This document shows positions 39,201 to 49,368 of a stretch of 64,000 nt of DNA, one piece after another. The number at the start of each line of letters is the position of its first letter. Positions within the stretch are counted from its first letter, which is position 1. The position numbers and the translations under genes were made by a program. Origin of the DNA: Amoebophrya sp. A120 (Eukaryota > Protista > Dinoflagellata); contig CAJINV010000001.1 of assembly GCA_905178155.1 (NCBI GenBank), positions 10,844,311 to 10,908,310 on the forward strand. Direction: 5' to 3'. Below the pieces are notes generated by a model. That model had not been told where the DNA came from. It was given only the letters and a program-made list of their open reading frames with translations, and made no database searches.

Positions 39201-42200
39201 ACCGAAAACAGCAATGGCGGGCTCCTGTCCGACTTCCACTCCGCGAACAAGAACCAGCAGGTATCCTGAGTAAAAACGTACCCACGCCAGAGTCGGGATG
39301 GGGATTTTGCAACACAAACCTAGGAGTTTTGTGAGTCACGCATGACAAGTTTCAGTCCGTAAGGTAGTGCAAGTTAGCAAGGAAAGCCGCATCACAAATC
39401 GATCTGCTGATCCTGTTTACAGCATTACAAGTTCCCAAACACGATTGAAAATGCCTGTCATGGGGTTGCGCATCACAAATGTTCCTGTCATGGCAAATCT
39501 GCATGACAACTCTGGTGTGGGTACGTTTTTACTCAGGATAACAGGTTACCAGCTACAAACCGGCCGGGCACGAGGTGCAGATCGCCTACGACCGTAACTA
39601 CCCGCCGGCGCTGGCCTACCCGCTGCCCGGGGACGACGACCTGTCTTGCTGGTCGGATTTTGGCGAAGAGTCTCCCAAGCGGAACAAGGCCCCCCGGTCG
39701 TCGACCGATAGCGACCAGCTGCATTTCACCGGCAGGTAAGTAATATGCATATACATTGGGCTGTTGTTCTAGTGTATGACTTTTGATGCTTTTCCACCAT
39801 CTTCAAGGGTCATTGTCCTTTGGAACTTACTAGATGATTGACATTCATGATCTTTCATGTCAGTCATTGTCCCATGTTGGAGTAGTTGACGCTGCTCCTG
39901 TTGTTGGTTGTCACTGGTCTTTGTCTTTCTAGAGCATTCATTGCTTGAAAGTCCCTACAATGCCATTCGTTACTGCATCAAAAATAAGTCGTTGGGGAGG
40001 TGCACTTCGGGCACACTTAGTCGCATCGAAAGATGACGCGCCACGCTTTTGTCATGTAGTTCATGTGAACCTCAGTAAAAAAAAAATCTAAACGAATTCA
40101 TTGACATGATCTTCAGGTCTTCGAATCATGTGGATTCCTGTGTGCCACTGTACTGCGGTTTTGGGGACCACGAAGACTCGCAGGAAATAGGCACGTCCAG
40201 CGCCAGCAGTGTGATGGCGGACTTTCATCGCGCCGGAAACAACGGAAACCTTAGCTCAAGCAGCAGCAGCGCGAAAGACCTGTTCTGGTCGGACTATCGG
40301 AACTCAAAACTACTGGTGAACAAGCGAGACGGCATATCCTGCGTAAAAACGATCCCAGTTATATGTAGTGAGGTCACCGAACGGTTCTAACCGGGGAGTT
40401 TTTTTGCCATGTCCCGTGAAAAACGACCGTCAGTTTTCAAGCGGTCGGAAGCGTTTTTTGACATAAAAAATTTTTAATTATCAAGCGGTCTGTGCTTTGC
40501 TGTCAAACAAGCCCGGTCGTAAACTATCGATTCGCACTTGATAAAACGACGCAGGGGAGCCGGCAAAAGGGGCGCCCTTCTGAGGCGCCCGCCGCCTTAG
40601 TTTCTGGCGATTTGGGGCGCCCAAAAAGGGGCGCGCAAAAAACGCGCCCAAAATCAGAACAGCGAAACAGCATGGCACGGCCGCGATTTCGGAGCATTTT
40701 GGACGGCCGCGAAAGCGGCCGCCTTTTCGCCGGTTTCAGAGCCTGGGAAGCTTTGCAAAAAGCGCCGGCGTGAAAAATAAAAACGCGAAAAAGAAAAAGC
40801 GGCCCGCACGCGCAAAGCCAATCCGCATGCTATGGGCCCGATTTTTCTTCGCTTTTTGGGCGCCCCCCGTGGCACCCGGATCGGCCCCATAGCATGGGGG
40901 CTGGCTTTCGGGAAGGAATTTCGGGAATTTGCCAAAATTTGCGATGTTTCCCAAGTGGCCGCCATACCGTGCGGCATAACGTTACTCGCGGTGGTATGGT
41001 GAGCCCATAAAAAGCAAAGCCGCGGCCAAGGCTGCGGTCGGCAAAAAAACGCCCACGACCTCACTACCCCCGCCCCGGCGGCTATATTTGGTACCCGATT
41101 GTCAACAACTACACGGATTTATATGCGCAAACAAACTCCCGGCGAGCTTTGCGGCTTGCTAACGCATGAGGACACGACACGAGCTGGATTTGTAGCATAG
41201 TCGTGTCCTGCTCCTGTAGCTAATCTGGCCGCATAACTACACATCCACGGCCTCATCCTGATATTGGAGTTGTACATTTGTACAAAGTTGCTGGTTCCAA
41301 ACAACTACAACATGTTGACTAGTACGAATAGACTAAAGAGCCGCAACAGAAACAAGCATGCGAGTATGTTGCTGCTTAAGTTAGGGCAAATGAGATTATA
41401 CATTATACATATGATATACGTCATGAAAAACCTTGGGCGGGGACGTTTTTGCTCAGGATACGGCACACGCGGGTCCGGTTCTGACGAATTGGAGCCTTTC
41501 CCTGAGGCGGACGAGGAGGACTTGGAAGATTTCCCCGACCTCGACGAAAATTCGGAGTGGGCGGACCCTGGGCAGGGCCCCGGGTACTCCGTCCGCGCGG
41601 TGGACCCGGCGGCGATCCACAGCGATCTGATTTTCTCCGGCCGAGAGCTTCCCGAGGACTGGCACCCGCCTGCGGGTCCGCCGTCGGCCGCGTATCATGA
41701 TGTGGAACGGGAGGGACGAGGTGGTGCTCCTGCTCGTGGGAACAAGCTGATGAGTGGGTCGTCCGACGAAATAGACGATGGCGAGCTGGAGGATTTTCCA
41801 GAAATGGAAGATTGCCCCGACAACGAACTAAACTTGTTTGCTCCTCCTGCGAACGGTTCGAATTTCGACGACCAGCCGGTGTCGTCGAGGAGGTTCCACA
41901 ACCTGAGCGGGTCGGACGACGCAAATTTGGAGGACTTTCCGGGGATGGAGGAAGAGGAATACGACCACCTGTGCGCCGGCCAACATCTCGCACGGGGCAA
42001 CAACCAGGAGCAACCGCTGTTGAACCAAGTTGGCGAGACGCAAAGTCAAGCGGCGGCTACTTCCGGGACAATCAGAAGTACGTTGAATAACAAAATGGAT
42101 GAAGAGGTCGATGACTCCGTGCTAGGTGATGCGAAAAATGGTCGCCGGGCGCCTCATTTGCAGCGCAGTCGCAGTTTCCCGCTGCCCCAGAGGAATCCTG

Positions 42201-44207
42201 GGGATAGTACGGACAGCGCGACATCAGCGGGGAAGCAGGATGATGAGCTGTACTTCCAGAGGTTCAACGAGCGCTGGAACAACGGTAAAAGCCAACAGAA
42301 GTTAGCTATGCCACCTCTGGCGCCCAGCCTGATGAGCCGAAATCTGCTACCGAAGTCCGGGTTAGACAACGAGCGCAGCGCGTCTACCATTCACGAATCG
42401 CACAGCTCTTTGGAGCAGTTTCCCGGTAGCGGCGTGGACAGCTTGCAGAAACGCGACGTGGCCGAACTGCCGTCCCCGATGGAAGACCGCAAAAACGTGG
42501 AAAGCCTGCCCGGGTCGCACGTGTACTCCGACCCGCCGGCGCTGCAGGAACGGGACAACATGTCCTTTGTCGTCGCAGACTACCATCAAGGAAGCTCCTC
42601 CTCGTTCGGGGGAAACCATAAAACGGACGTGAACCTCCAGTATGAAGACCATGACAACGGAATGAAGATGTTGCAGCAGCCCCGAGGAACGGACTGGGCC
42701 CACGTGCCGGCCAAGGATCTAGGCTTTGTGGCACAACAAGAGGAGCAACAAGTAGCCTCCACTCCTAGCACGGCGGGAGTTGTTGTTGGGCCTCAGAACA
42801 AAACACCAGTGGAAACACCAGTGGCTCCAAGTAGAACGCCGGCAGCAGCTGCTGCGGTGCCGCAAGTTCTAGTACAACAACATCTTCCCCAAACTACGAG
42901 CCGTAAGTACTCGAAGCCGCTGGAAACGGGCGCGGATCATGCTTTCGCGGAGAGATCTACCGACACCGGAGGGAGCGGGGGCCCTCGGACGAATAGCACC
43001 AGCACCTCCAACGGATCGCCCACCGGAGTCCGGGGGCACACGAACGAAGACGCCGTGTACGCGACTGCGAATCTTCCCCCGAAGCGCCGCCTGACGCGGT
43101 CCTATCAAATGTAAAAATGTCTGGGTCTGGAAGAATGCAACTTGTAGTGCGTATTTCAGAACACAGAAAAGTCTCTCATGCATACGTAGCAAAAGCTCCC
43201 ACTTTTTGCCAGCAAAATAGGGGACTTGTCATGCGGATTCGGCATTGCGGAAGGTTCTCGAAACCTGTGATGCTAGAGCTTCCATGCCAGACCTTCTCTG
43301 TCATGCAAAAACAGCATGACTCTTCCAGACCCAGACATTTTTACATTTGATAGGTCCATCAGCGACACCAATCTGTACGGCAGCGGAGCCGCTGCGGGGA
43401 AGGAATCCGAGAGGCGAACGAAGTGGAGGGATGCCAAACAAATGATCAAAACAGAGAAGGCCAAGAACGCGGTCAAGCAAGCGAATGCTGTCACGCACGT
43501 TGAAAATAAATGGAACGCCACCACCGTGCCGGCGTTGGAGACGTCGATGGTATGATTTAAGTACTATATTTGTACCGCTGAAATAAAGATGACGCGGGTA
43601 CTCATATAAGTAAGTCAAAGTTATGTAAAAAACTTCTAACACCGATGATCATGAACATGATTGCGTCTTCAAGAGCAGTGAAAGTTCTCCATTCTATTTG
43701 ACTTTCGTTCGTGACATCAACTCCGTATCATGCTAGCGGCACGTTCGACCCTGTTGAAAGCAAAAGGTGGAAACCCCAACCCCGCAACATACCGTCTCAC
43801 AAGGACGAGTTGCGTGTATTAAAAATAGGTGAACGTCGACTGAATAACATTAATAAACCAAATGAAACTTCTATATACAGGTGCAGCAAGAGTACTCGAA
43901 CCGCGAGGCGGGGCTGGAGAACGACAAGCTGCGACACGCTGCAGGTCTCGATACGGACTCGGACAACTTTGATTGTCGAACGGACAGCACGGAGGAGGAC
44001 GACGTTTCGGACCGGAGCAGCCTGATGTACTACCAGCAGGCCCGGTACCATCGGTTCGGCCACAGTGGCGAAAGCGGGGATTGGCACTACAGCGAGGGCG
44101 GGCCCTACGGGGAACGCGCCCGCAAGGCCTTCGTCATGTCCCTTGTGACAGAGAAGACAGAAGAGCTCTACGAGATTCTCGACCGTTGTGGCATCCACGT
44201 GCGGTAA
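36226..44207 (+). CDS. Large hypothetical membrane protein with acidic LEDFP repeats; 7 introns, 4 of them TIR introners
   Basis: Exons 36226-37403, 37625-38006, 38274-39260, 39545-39735, 40117-40334, 41466-43098, 43354-43549 and 43881-44207 all join in frame. Hydrophobic N-terminal segment, a TM helix (LFPLLIVLIVLASLGILF) and four (E/N/D)LE(D/P)FP repeats at 41487-41945. Confidence 0.75.
38008..38269. mobile_element. Family B TIR introner (B1), GT-AG intron 38007-38273
   Basis: Perfect TIR TATCAAATGTAAAAATGTCTGGGTCTGGAAG / CTTCCAGACCCAGACATTTTTACATTTGATA; TSD GGAGG; removal gives VDEEEVARQFG. Confidence 0.95.
39262..39540. mobile_element. Family A TIR introner (A3), GT-AG intron 39261-39544
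   Basis: TATCCTGAGTAAAAACGTACCCACGCCAGAGT / ACTCTGGTGTGGGTACGTTTTTACTCAGGATA; TSD GCAGG/ACAGG; interior homologous to A1. Confidence 0.93.
40335..41460. mobile_element. Family A-type introner (A5, 1126 bp) carrying a nested family F element
   Basis: TATCCTGCGTAAAAACG...GGGCGGGGACGTTTTTGCTCAGGATA; perfect TSD CGGCA; removing 1131 nt gives KRDGTRGSGSDEL. Confidence 0.9.
40361..41067. mobile_element. Family F element (short copy) nested in the left TIR of A5
   Basis: ATAT-GTAGTGAGGTC...GACCTCACTAC ends; 40361-40540 is homologous to 54357-54537, and 40541 onward to 55888 onward. Confidence 0.82.
43103..43352. mobile_element. Family B TIR introner (B2), GT-AG intron 43099-43353
   Basis: Perfect 31-bp family B TIR; TSD GGTCC; near-identical to 47811-48061; removal gives RLTRSISDTNLY. 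Confidence 0.95.
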
Positions 44208-44895
44208 AAGAAAAGTTTGGGAGTAGTTCTCACTCGAGATTTGTCTTCCGTCTTGCGGGGAATGATATAAGTAAGTACTTACTTCCCTAGCTGCCTGCTC
44301 TTCTTCTAGGGCTATTAATTATATCTTCCGTGTCGAATGAGTAAAATACGCTGGTGGAATAAAGAAAACTGAAAGCAGCACGGTTCTCGGTACGCCTGTA
44401 CAGCGCTCTGCGAAATGTCTATGATAAAATTCGACCTCTATGTCGCGAATTATAATCAACATCTAGAGAAGGGCAAGCCGCGAACTTTTGTAAACACCTA
44501 TCCAACGACTTATAAGTACTTGAAGGAGATGAAATATGGTGATAGCGATAATTTCTAGATGTACTGCGAAACAATGTAGTATCCTAAGCGACGCGCGACC
44601 CGGGTGCTAGTAGAACCTCCTCCAGATAAGACTCGAACCACTTAGGGAAGCACTTTCGTAGTTTATTACGATAGGGAGTAAAGTTGAAAGAACTTGGATC
44701 AGTAGCTCCTGGTATAAACAAACGATCAAACGACTTCTTCATTTGATGGTGCCAAAAAAATGTACCTGACTGTAAAAAATAAAATTTGTACAACGAGTGA
44801 TAAGTATGAAACCTCCGATGCTGGCAAGACCCTCGTCGTAAATAGTCATTTTTGGAACGATGTTGTTTCTGTAATTCATTTTGGCTCCTCAAGGT

Positions 44896-44936
44896 CCGGT
44901 CGACGAGACCGGTTTGAAACCGGTTTCGTCGACCGG
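44896..44936. repeat. Near-perfect 41-bp palindrome
   Basis: CCGGTCGACGAGACCGGTTT-G-AAACCGGTTTCGTCGACCGG; 19 of 20 arm positions are complementary. Confidence 0.85.
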
Positions 44937-45436
44937 TTTGTTGCCGTAGATTTTTCAAGGATTGTTGCGTTTATTTTTCGTTGTACTCTTGATTGTCATC
45001 CCTTCTCTGAGTCAGCGTTTGAAAGTGCGTTGCTTTGGCACCACGAGCCATTGGCGTGCCCATGTTTTCTTGACTTTCGTTTTGCCGTTATCTTGTTGAG
45101 CGCGATCAGCGTTGTGGAGTCGTCCCGATGCTATCTTCTTTGTTTTCCCAAATCTTTCGAGAGACAGCTGCAACAGTCGTTGCTCTAGCAGGAGTGGCGA
45201 GTGCAGTGGTTCGCTTCTTCAAAATTGCTGCTGCTGTTTCAAAGACTTGATAATCGCGGCGAATACGCGAGTGCGGAAATGCGGAGAGAAAAGATGAGCG
45301 GATCAAAATGAACTGTTTTTTCTGCAGATCAAACGTGGTCTGAGCTTGAGCAGTACTGGCGCAAGGAGAGGAGAAGCAGAAAGAAAATATTTAGCACTTC
45401 CCCGGACGACGGAGGGAAACAAAATAGTAGAAAAAA

Positions 45437-46774
45437 ATGACGGAAACTATCGCAACACGCCCCGCGCCGGTGGGTTCCTCCACCGTGGCGTCAACTGAGC
45501 AGGCATCATCCTCCAGCAAGAACACAGCCGTCGTTGCAGACGCAGAGGCACTGCGGAAGAAGCGGGTTCTGGAACTCTGCATGAACTTTGTCCAGCTCCT
45601 CCGAAGAAGACGGTTCAGTTTTTTTGTTGCGCATACAGTAGTTTTCGTTTCGCATACAGTTTCGCGGCTGGGCGAGAACAAACATGCAAAAGGGGGCGCA
45701 TGACTCGAGACAGAAGTTCTTTCACTTTTAAAGACAAAGAAGGTTCTTGCCGCGTGTACTTCTGGATGACCATCTTGTTGTCGCGGAAGAATCCCTGTGT
45801 TTCGTAGTGTTGTCGAGCGTGTAAGTACTTCCAATCAAACGACTAAGGTTCAAGCCCGCGTTGGAGATGGCTGGGGAGATTTTAAAGTTAGAGCCAAACC
45901 ATCCGCAAGTGGTTATCCTGAGTAAAAACGTCCCCACCCCATAGTTGTCATGCAGATTTGCGATTACAGGAAGATTTGCAATGCGCATCTCCATGAGCGG
46001 CATTTCCAATCGCATTTTGGAATTTGTAATGCTGTAAACGCGATGAACAGATGGATTTGTGATGCGGCTGCACTTGCTAAACTGCACTACAGGACGGACT
46101 GGAATTTGTTATGTGTTGCTCCCAAAGCTTCTGGGTTTGTGTTGCTAAGTTCCCAAGTTGACTATGGGGTGGGGACGTTTTTACATATGATAGTGGTACA
46201 GCACCTGGACATGCTGGAGGAATTGGCAGCGTCGTCTTCGGAGTCCGACGCGGGTTCCAGTTCCTCCTCCTCGTCCGATTCCGAGGAGGACGAGCCCGAG
46301 CTTCACTACGTGGCCACTCAGCAGTTCAACCCACAAGACTATCAACATGAATTGAAGTAGTGTCCCCACCACCGGCCCACATGGCAAAGTTTTCAAATAA
46401 AGACTTTTGGTCCGCGTCTTGCACGTTTCTTTGAGCGAAGACTATCTCTGCTTCAGATTCATCTAGGTGCGCGAAGCAGCTCCTACATGACAAGTCCCCG
46501 CCCCGGTGCTGCGCCGTTCGGCAACATAGACACTCGCTAATATTCTTGCTTGCAAGAAATGTGTCATGCTGATAAAAAATGCCAGGTCGTGGCAAGTGTT
46601 TTCATAATTGGGAACTGTTGCAATGCAAACATTTTCCCTTTCATCTGGGGTGGGGGCGCCTTTCAATTTGATAAAGACGGGGAAGCTGGCTCCACCCGCC
46701 CGCCCTCGGTCGGCGGGGCGGCGTCGGATACAGGGACCGCACCCTCGGAGTATCCCGTGCGGCGCCTCGACTAG
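45437..46774 (+). CDS. Small ERICH2-like (TPR-like helix pair plus acidic Ser-rich tail) protein; 3 introns
   Basis: Exons 45437-45612, 45848-45913, 46198-46339 and 46679-46774 give NFVQLLRRRRFKPALEMAGEILKLEPNHPQVVQHLDMLEELAASSSESD...NPQDGEAGS. The ERICH2 resemblance is from memory. Confidence 0.65.
45914..46192 (-). mobile_element. Family A TIR introner (A4), inverted relative to A1/A3
   Basis: TATCCTGAGTAAAAACGTCCCCACCCCATAG...CTATGGGGTGGGGACGTTTTTACATATGATA; perfect TSD GTGGT; interior is the reverse complement of the A1/A3 interior. Confidence 0.92.
46340..46673. mobile_element. TIR introner with A/B-hybrid termini
   Basis: TATCAACATGAATTGAAGTAGTGTCCCCACCACC...CTGGGGTGGGGGCGCCTTTCAATTTGATA; perfect TSD AAGAC; removing 339 nt keeps the frame. 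Confidence 0.85.
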
Positions 46775-47216
46775 TTTTTGTGAGAAACAATCTGGATCAC
46801 AACTTCATTCGAAATTTTTACCAAATTGTGGCTCCCTCGCGTGCAGCCACACGTGAACTTCTCGACAGGCGAGATGCATATTATCGAAATGAAGAGAACT
46901 GATTTGAACACGCAGTGCCTCGCTGTAGCATCGAACAAATTTTTTGCTGATCAAGAAGCTACTGTTCCGACATCTCAGCATTACCTTCTCTCTCCTTTCG
47001 GTCTTCGCGCACGATTTCGATTGCATTCTTGCACTGCTGCGTGTTGTCTGTAGCATCGACGCATCGTCTGCTTTTCCGATTGATTGTTTTGATGGAGAAT
47101 TTCCGTGCAGAAGCAGCTTTTGCACCAAGAGAAAAGAAGCAGCGTTTCGATCAAGAAAAAAAAGCAGCTTTTACATTCAACAAGAAAGAAACAGATTTGA
47201 CCTCAAAGAAATCAGC

Positions 47217-48823
47217 ATGGTGTACACCGGCACCCCAAAGATTTTTCTGTACGGCGACAGCTTGACGTATCACGAGAAAAAAGTGTTACAGTTACACAGT
47301 AAAGTGCAAGCCCAGCATGACAGGCAACCTCTGTCATGCCAGAAATGCTTCTGAGGTTCATTTCATACGTGTTTTCCCTTATGGTCTGCGCATTGCAAGT
47401 TTTCCCTCTCATGCAGAGAAAATTTGTGTTGCTGAAGGTACAACAAATGTGTATCTGTAACACTTTTTTCTTGTGATATGACGCAGTACGGGTCTAGTGA
47501 GGTTGGCGGGTGGGCGGCCCGCCTCCAAGGCCTTTACAGTCGCCGCGCCGATGTTGTGAATCGTGGCTTATCGGGCTGGAATAGCCGCTGGGCGCGCGAA
47601 TACGTCGATGGTGTGGTCTCGCGCGACCTCGGTAACGACAAGTGCATGTTTGCGAGTGTGTGGCTCGGCGCGAACGACGCCTGGCTGCCGTCCGCGACCG
47701 CGGGGGGTAACAAAGGCAGCCGGTATGCGGTTGGTGTGGAAGACTTCAATGCGAATCTGTCTTACATAGCGAGGTGTTTGCTTGACAAGACGGATCTGGT
47801 CTTCGTTCTCTATCAAATGCAAAAATGTCTGGGTCTGGAAGAATGCAACTTGAAATGCGTATTTCAGAACACAGAGAAGTCTCTCATGCATATGTAGCAA
47901 AAGCTCCCCACTTTCTGTCAGCAAAATAGGGGACTTGTCATGCTGATTCGGCATTGCGGAAGCTTCTCGAACTCTGTGATGCTAGAGCTTCCATGCCAGA
48001 CCTTCTGTGTCATGCAAAAACAGCATGACTCTTCCAGACCCAGACATTTTTACATTTGATATTCTCACCCCACCTCCCATCGCGGAAGACCGGCGCAGGG
48101 CGTACGCCCTCCAGCTATACAACGAATATGTTTGCGATCGCGAGCTATGCATATGGTAAAATATGTCGTGGTGGTCTGGAAAGTTATAAATGCAATTTTG
48201 GGAATTATGATCAGATTACATCAGATTGGCGCACTGCAATACGTGGCCGAGCATGACAAGTGTTGCAAAGGTTTTAATGGCGACGGTGCAAAGGTTTTTG
48301 ATGAGGTGCAGTCGGGTATGCGTGAAAAGTGTTGCCATGTGTTGCGCATTCGGCATGGCAGACTGCATTTCTGCATGACAGGCAAGACGATTTTTTCGTG
48401 GCTATGCATTACAGAGTTCAGAGCCATGCCCGACGAGCATGGCAAACCTTCCACTCTTTCAGACCCAGACATCATATTTGCACTGGATACGAAAACGCGC
48501 ACACAGGAAAATACCGGGACGAAGTGAAGAAGGTCGTCGACAGCCTCAGCCAGGCGATAACTGTACGTGGCGAGAGCAAGCGAGTCGTCCTAGTGGACGT
48601 GTATGAACTGTTTTGGTCGCGCAGAGAGGACTTGCTACCTGACGGCCTCCATCTCGGCGAGGAGGCAAATACGATCCTGTTTGGCCACCTGAGTTCCCTT
48701 CTACACACCGAGGGTCTGGGCGTTGTCGCAGATCCGGTACGGGGACACACGGGGTGCAGTGCGGCGAAGAGCTCCCTGCCGAATCCGCTCCCTTGGCACG
48801 ACGACACAGCGCAACTGAGATGA
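47217..48823 (+). CDS. IAH1: Isoamyl acetate-hydrolysing esterase-like SGNH/GDSL hydrolase; 3 introner introns
   Basis: Reconstructed KIFLYGDSLTQYG, RRADVVNRGLSGWNSRW, VWLGANDA, VFVLTPPPI, DRENAHTGKY, LPDGLHL. Exons 47217-47267, 47484-47810, 48067-48143, 48493-48823. Confidence 0.9.
47268..47478. mobile_element. Family C TIR introner inserted in the GDSLTQ catalytic block
   Basis: TIR TATCACGAGAAAAAAGTGTTACAG / CTGTAACACTTTTTTCTTGTGATA; perfect TSD TGACG; internal GCATGACAG..CTGTCATGC. Confidence 0.93.
47811..48061. mobile_element. Family B TIR introner (B3), no GT-AG register
   Basis: Family B TIRs; perfect TSD TTCTC; removing 256 nt restores VLTPPPI. Confidence 0.95.
48146..48489. mobile_element. 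Degenerate family B introner
   Basis: TATGCATATGGTAAAATATGTCGTGGTGGTCTGGAAAG...CTTTCAGACCCAGACATCATATTTGCACTGGATA; TSD CGAGC/CGAAA; removing 349 nt gives YVCDRENAHTGKY. Confidence 0.78.
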
Positions 48824-49368
48824 AAACCAAAAGAGCGCCGTTCAGCATCAAGCAGCTGCCCGTGAGAAGGGCATTGATGAACTACGATGTCGTGTGTCTG
48901 TTGATGTTCCTTGCTCTAGCTCTGTGAATGTCGTGTCTACTGCCTTCATTGAAAAAATCTGTCTGCCGAAGGATCACCCGTCATCCTCGGCCAGTTGATT
49001 TCTGACTGCCAGTAAGAAGTACCACTTTGTGAAACTGAAAACAAACAGATCGGAACGCTGAAGATGCTCGCTGATAGCTCGAACACAACTAGAAGGGTGC
49101 GATCAAATTACTTTGACTTCTACGGGAGCAGAAACACTCCCAGTAGCAACATACGCTAAGCACTTTTTTGTCCTGAACTCTCCGCTTGGCGTTGTACATC
49201 AAATTTTTCCGCAAAAACCTTGCTGCTCTTTTCATCTTGTATACAGCGAGCGCTCCTCTCTGTCCCAAAAAGAGAACGGAACTTCCTCTAGGAGTTCGAC
49301 GTCGGGGAGTTTATGCAGCGAGCAAAGTACTGCTCAGGTAGAGCACGAAGAGCAAGTACAAAGCAACA

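Noticed and set aside
3051-43192. Minus-strand ORFs of 100-270 aa
   Set aside because: They are antisense shadows of GC-rich + strand exons, with no recognisable motifs.
4967-46087. Recurrent peptides KNVPTP / GVGTFLLRI / MSGSGR / LPDPDIFTFD in many short ORFs
   Set aside because: They are translations of family A and B TIRs, not a protein family.
38008-48061. Recurring ~31-bp sequences as CRISPR repeats
   Set aside because: They occur as inverted pairs kilobases apart with TSDs, not as a direct repeat-spacer array, and no cas genes are present.
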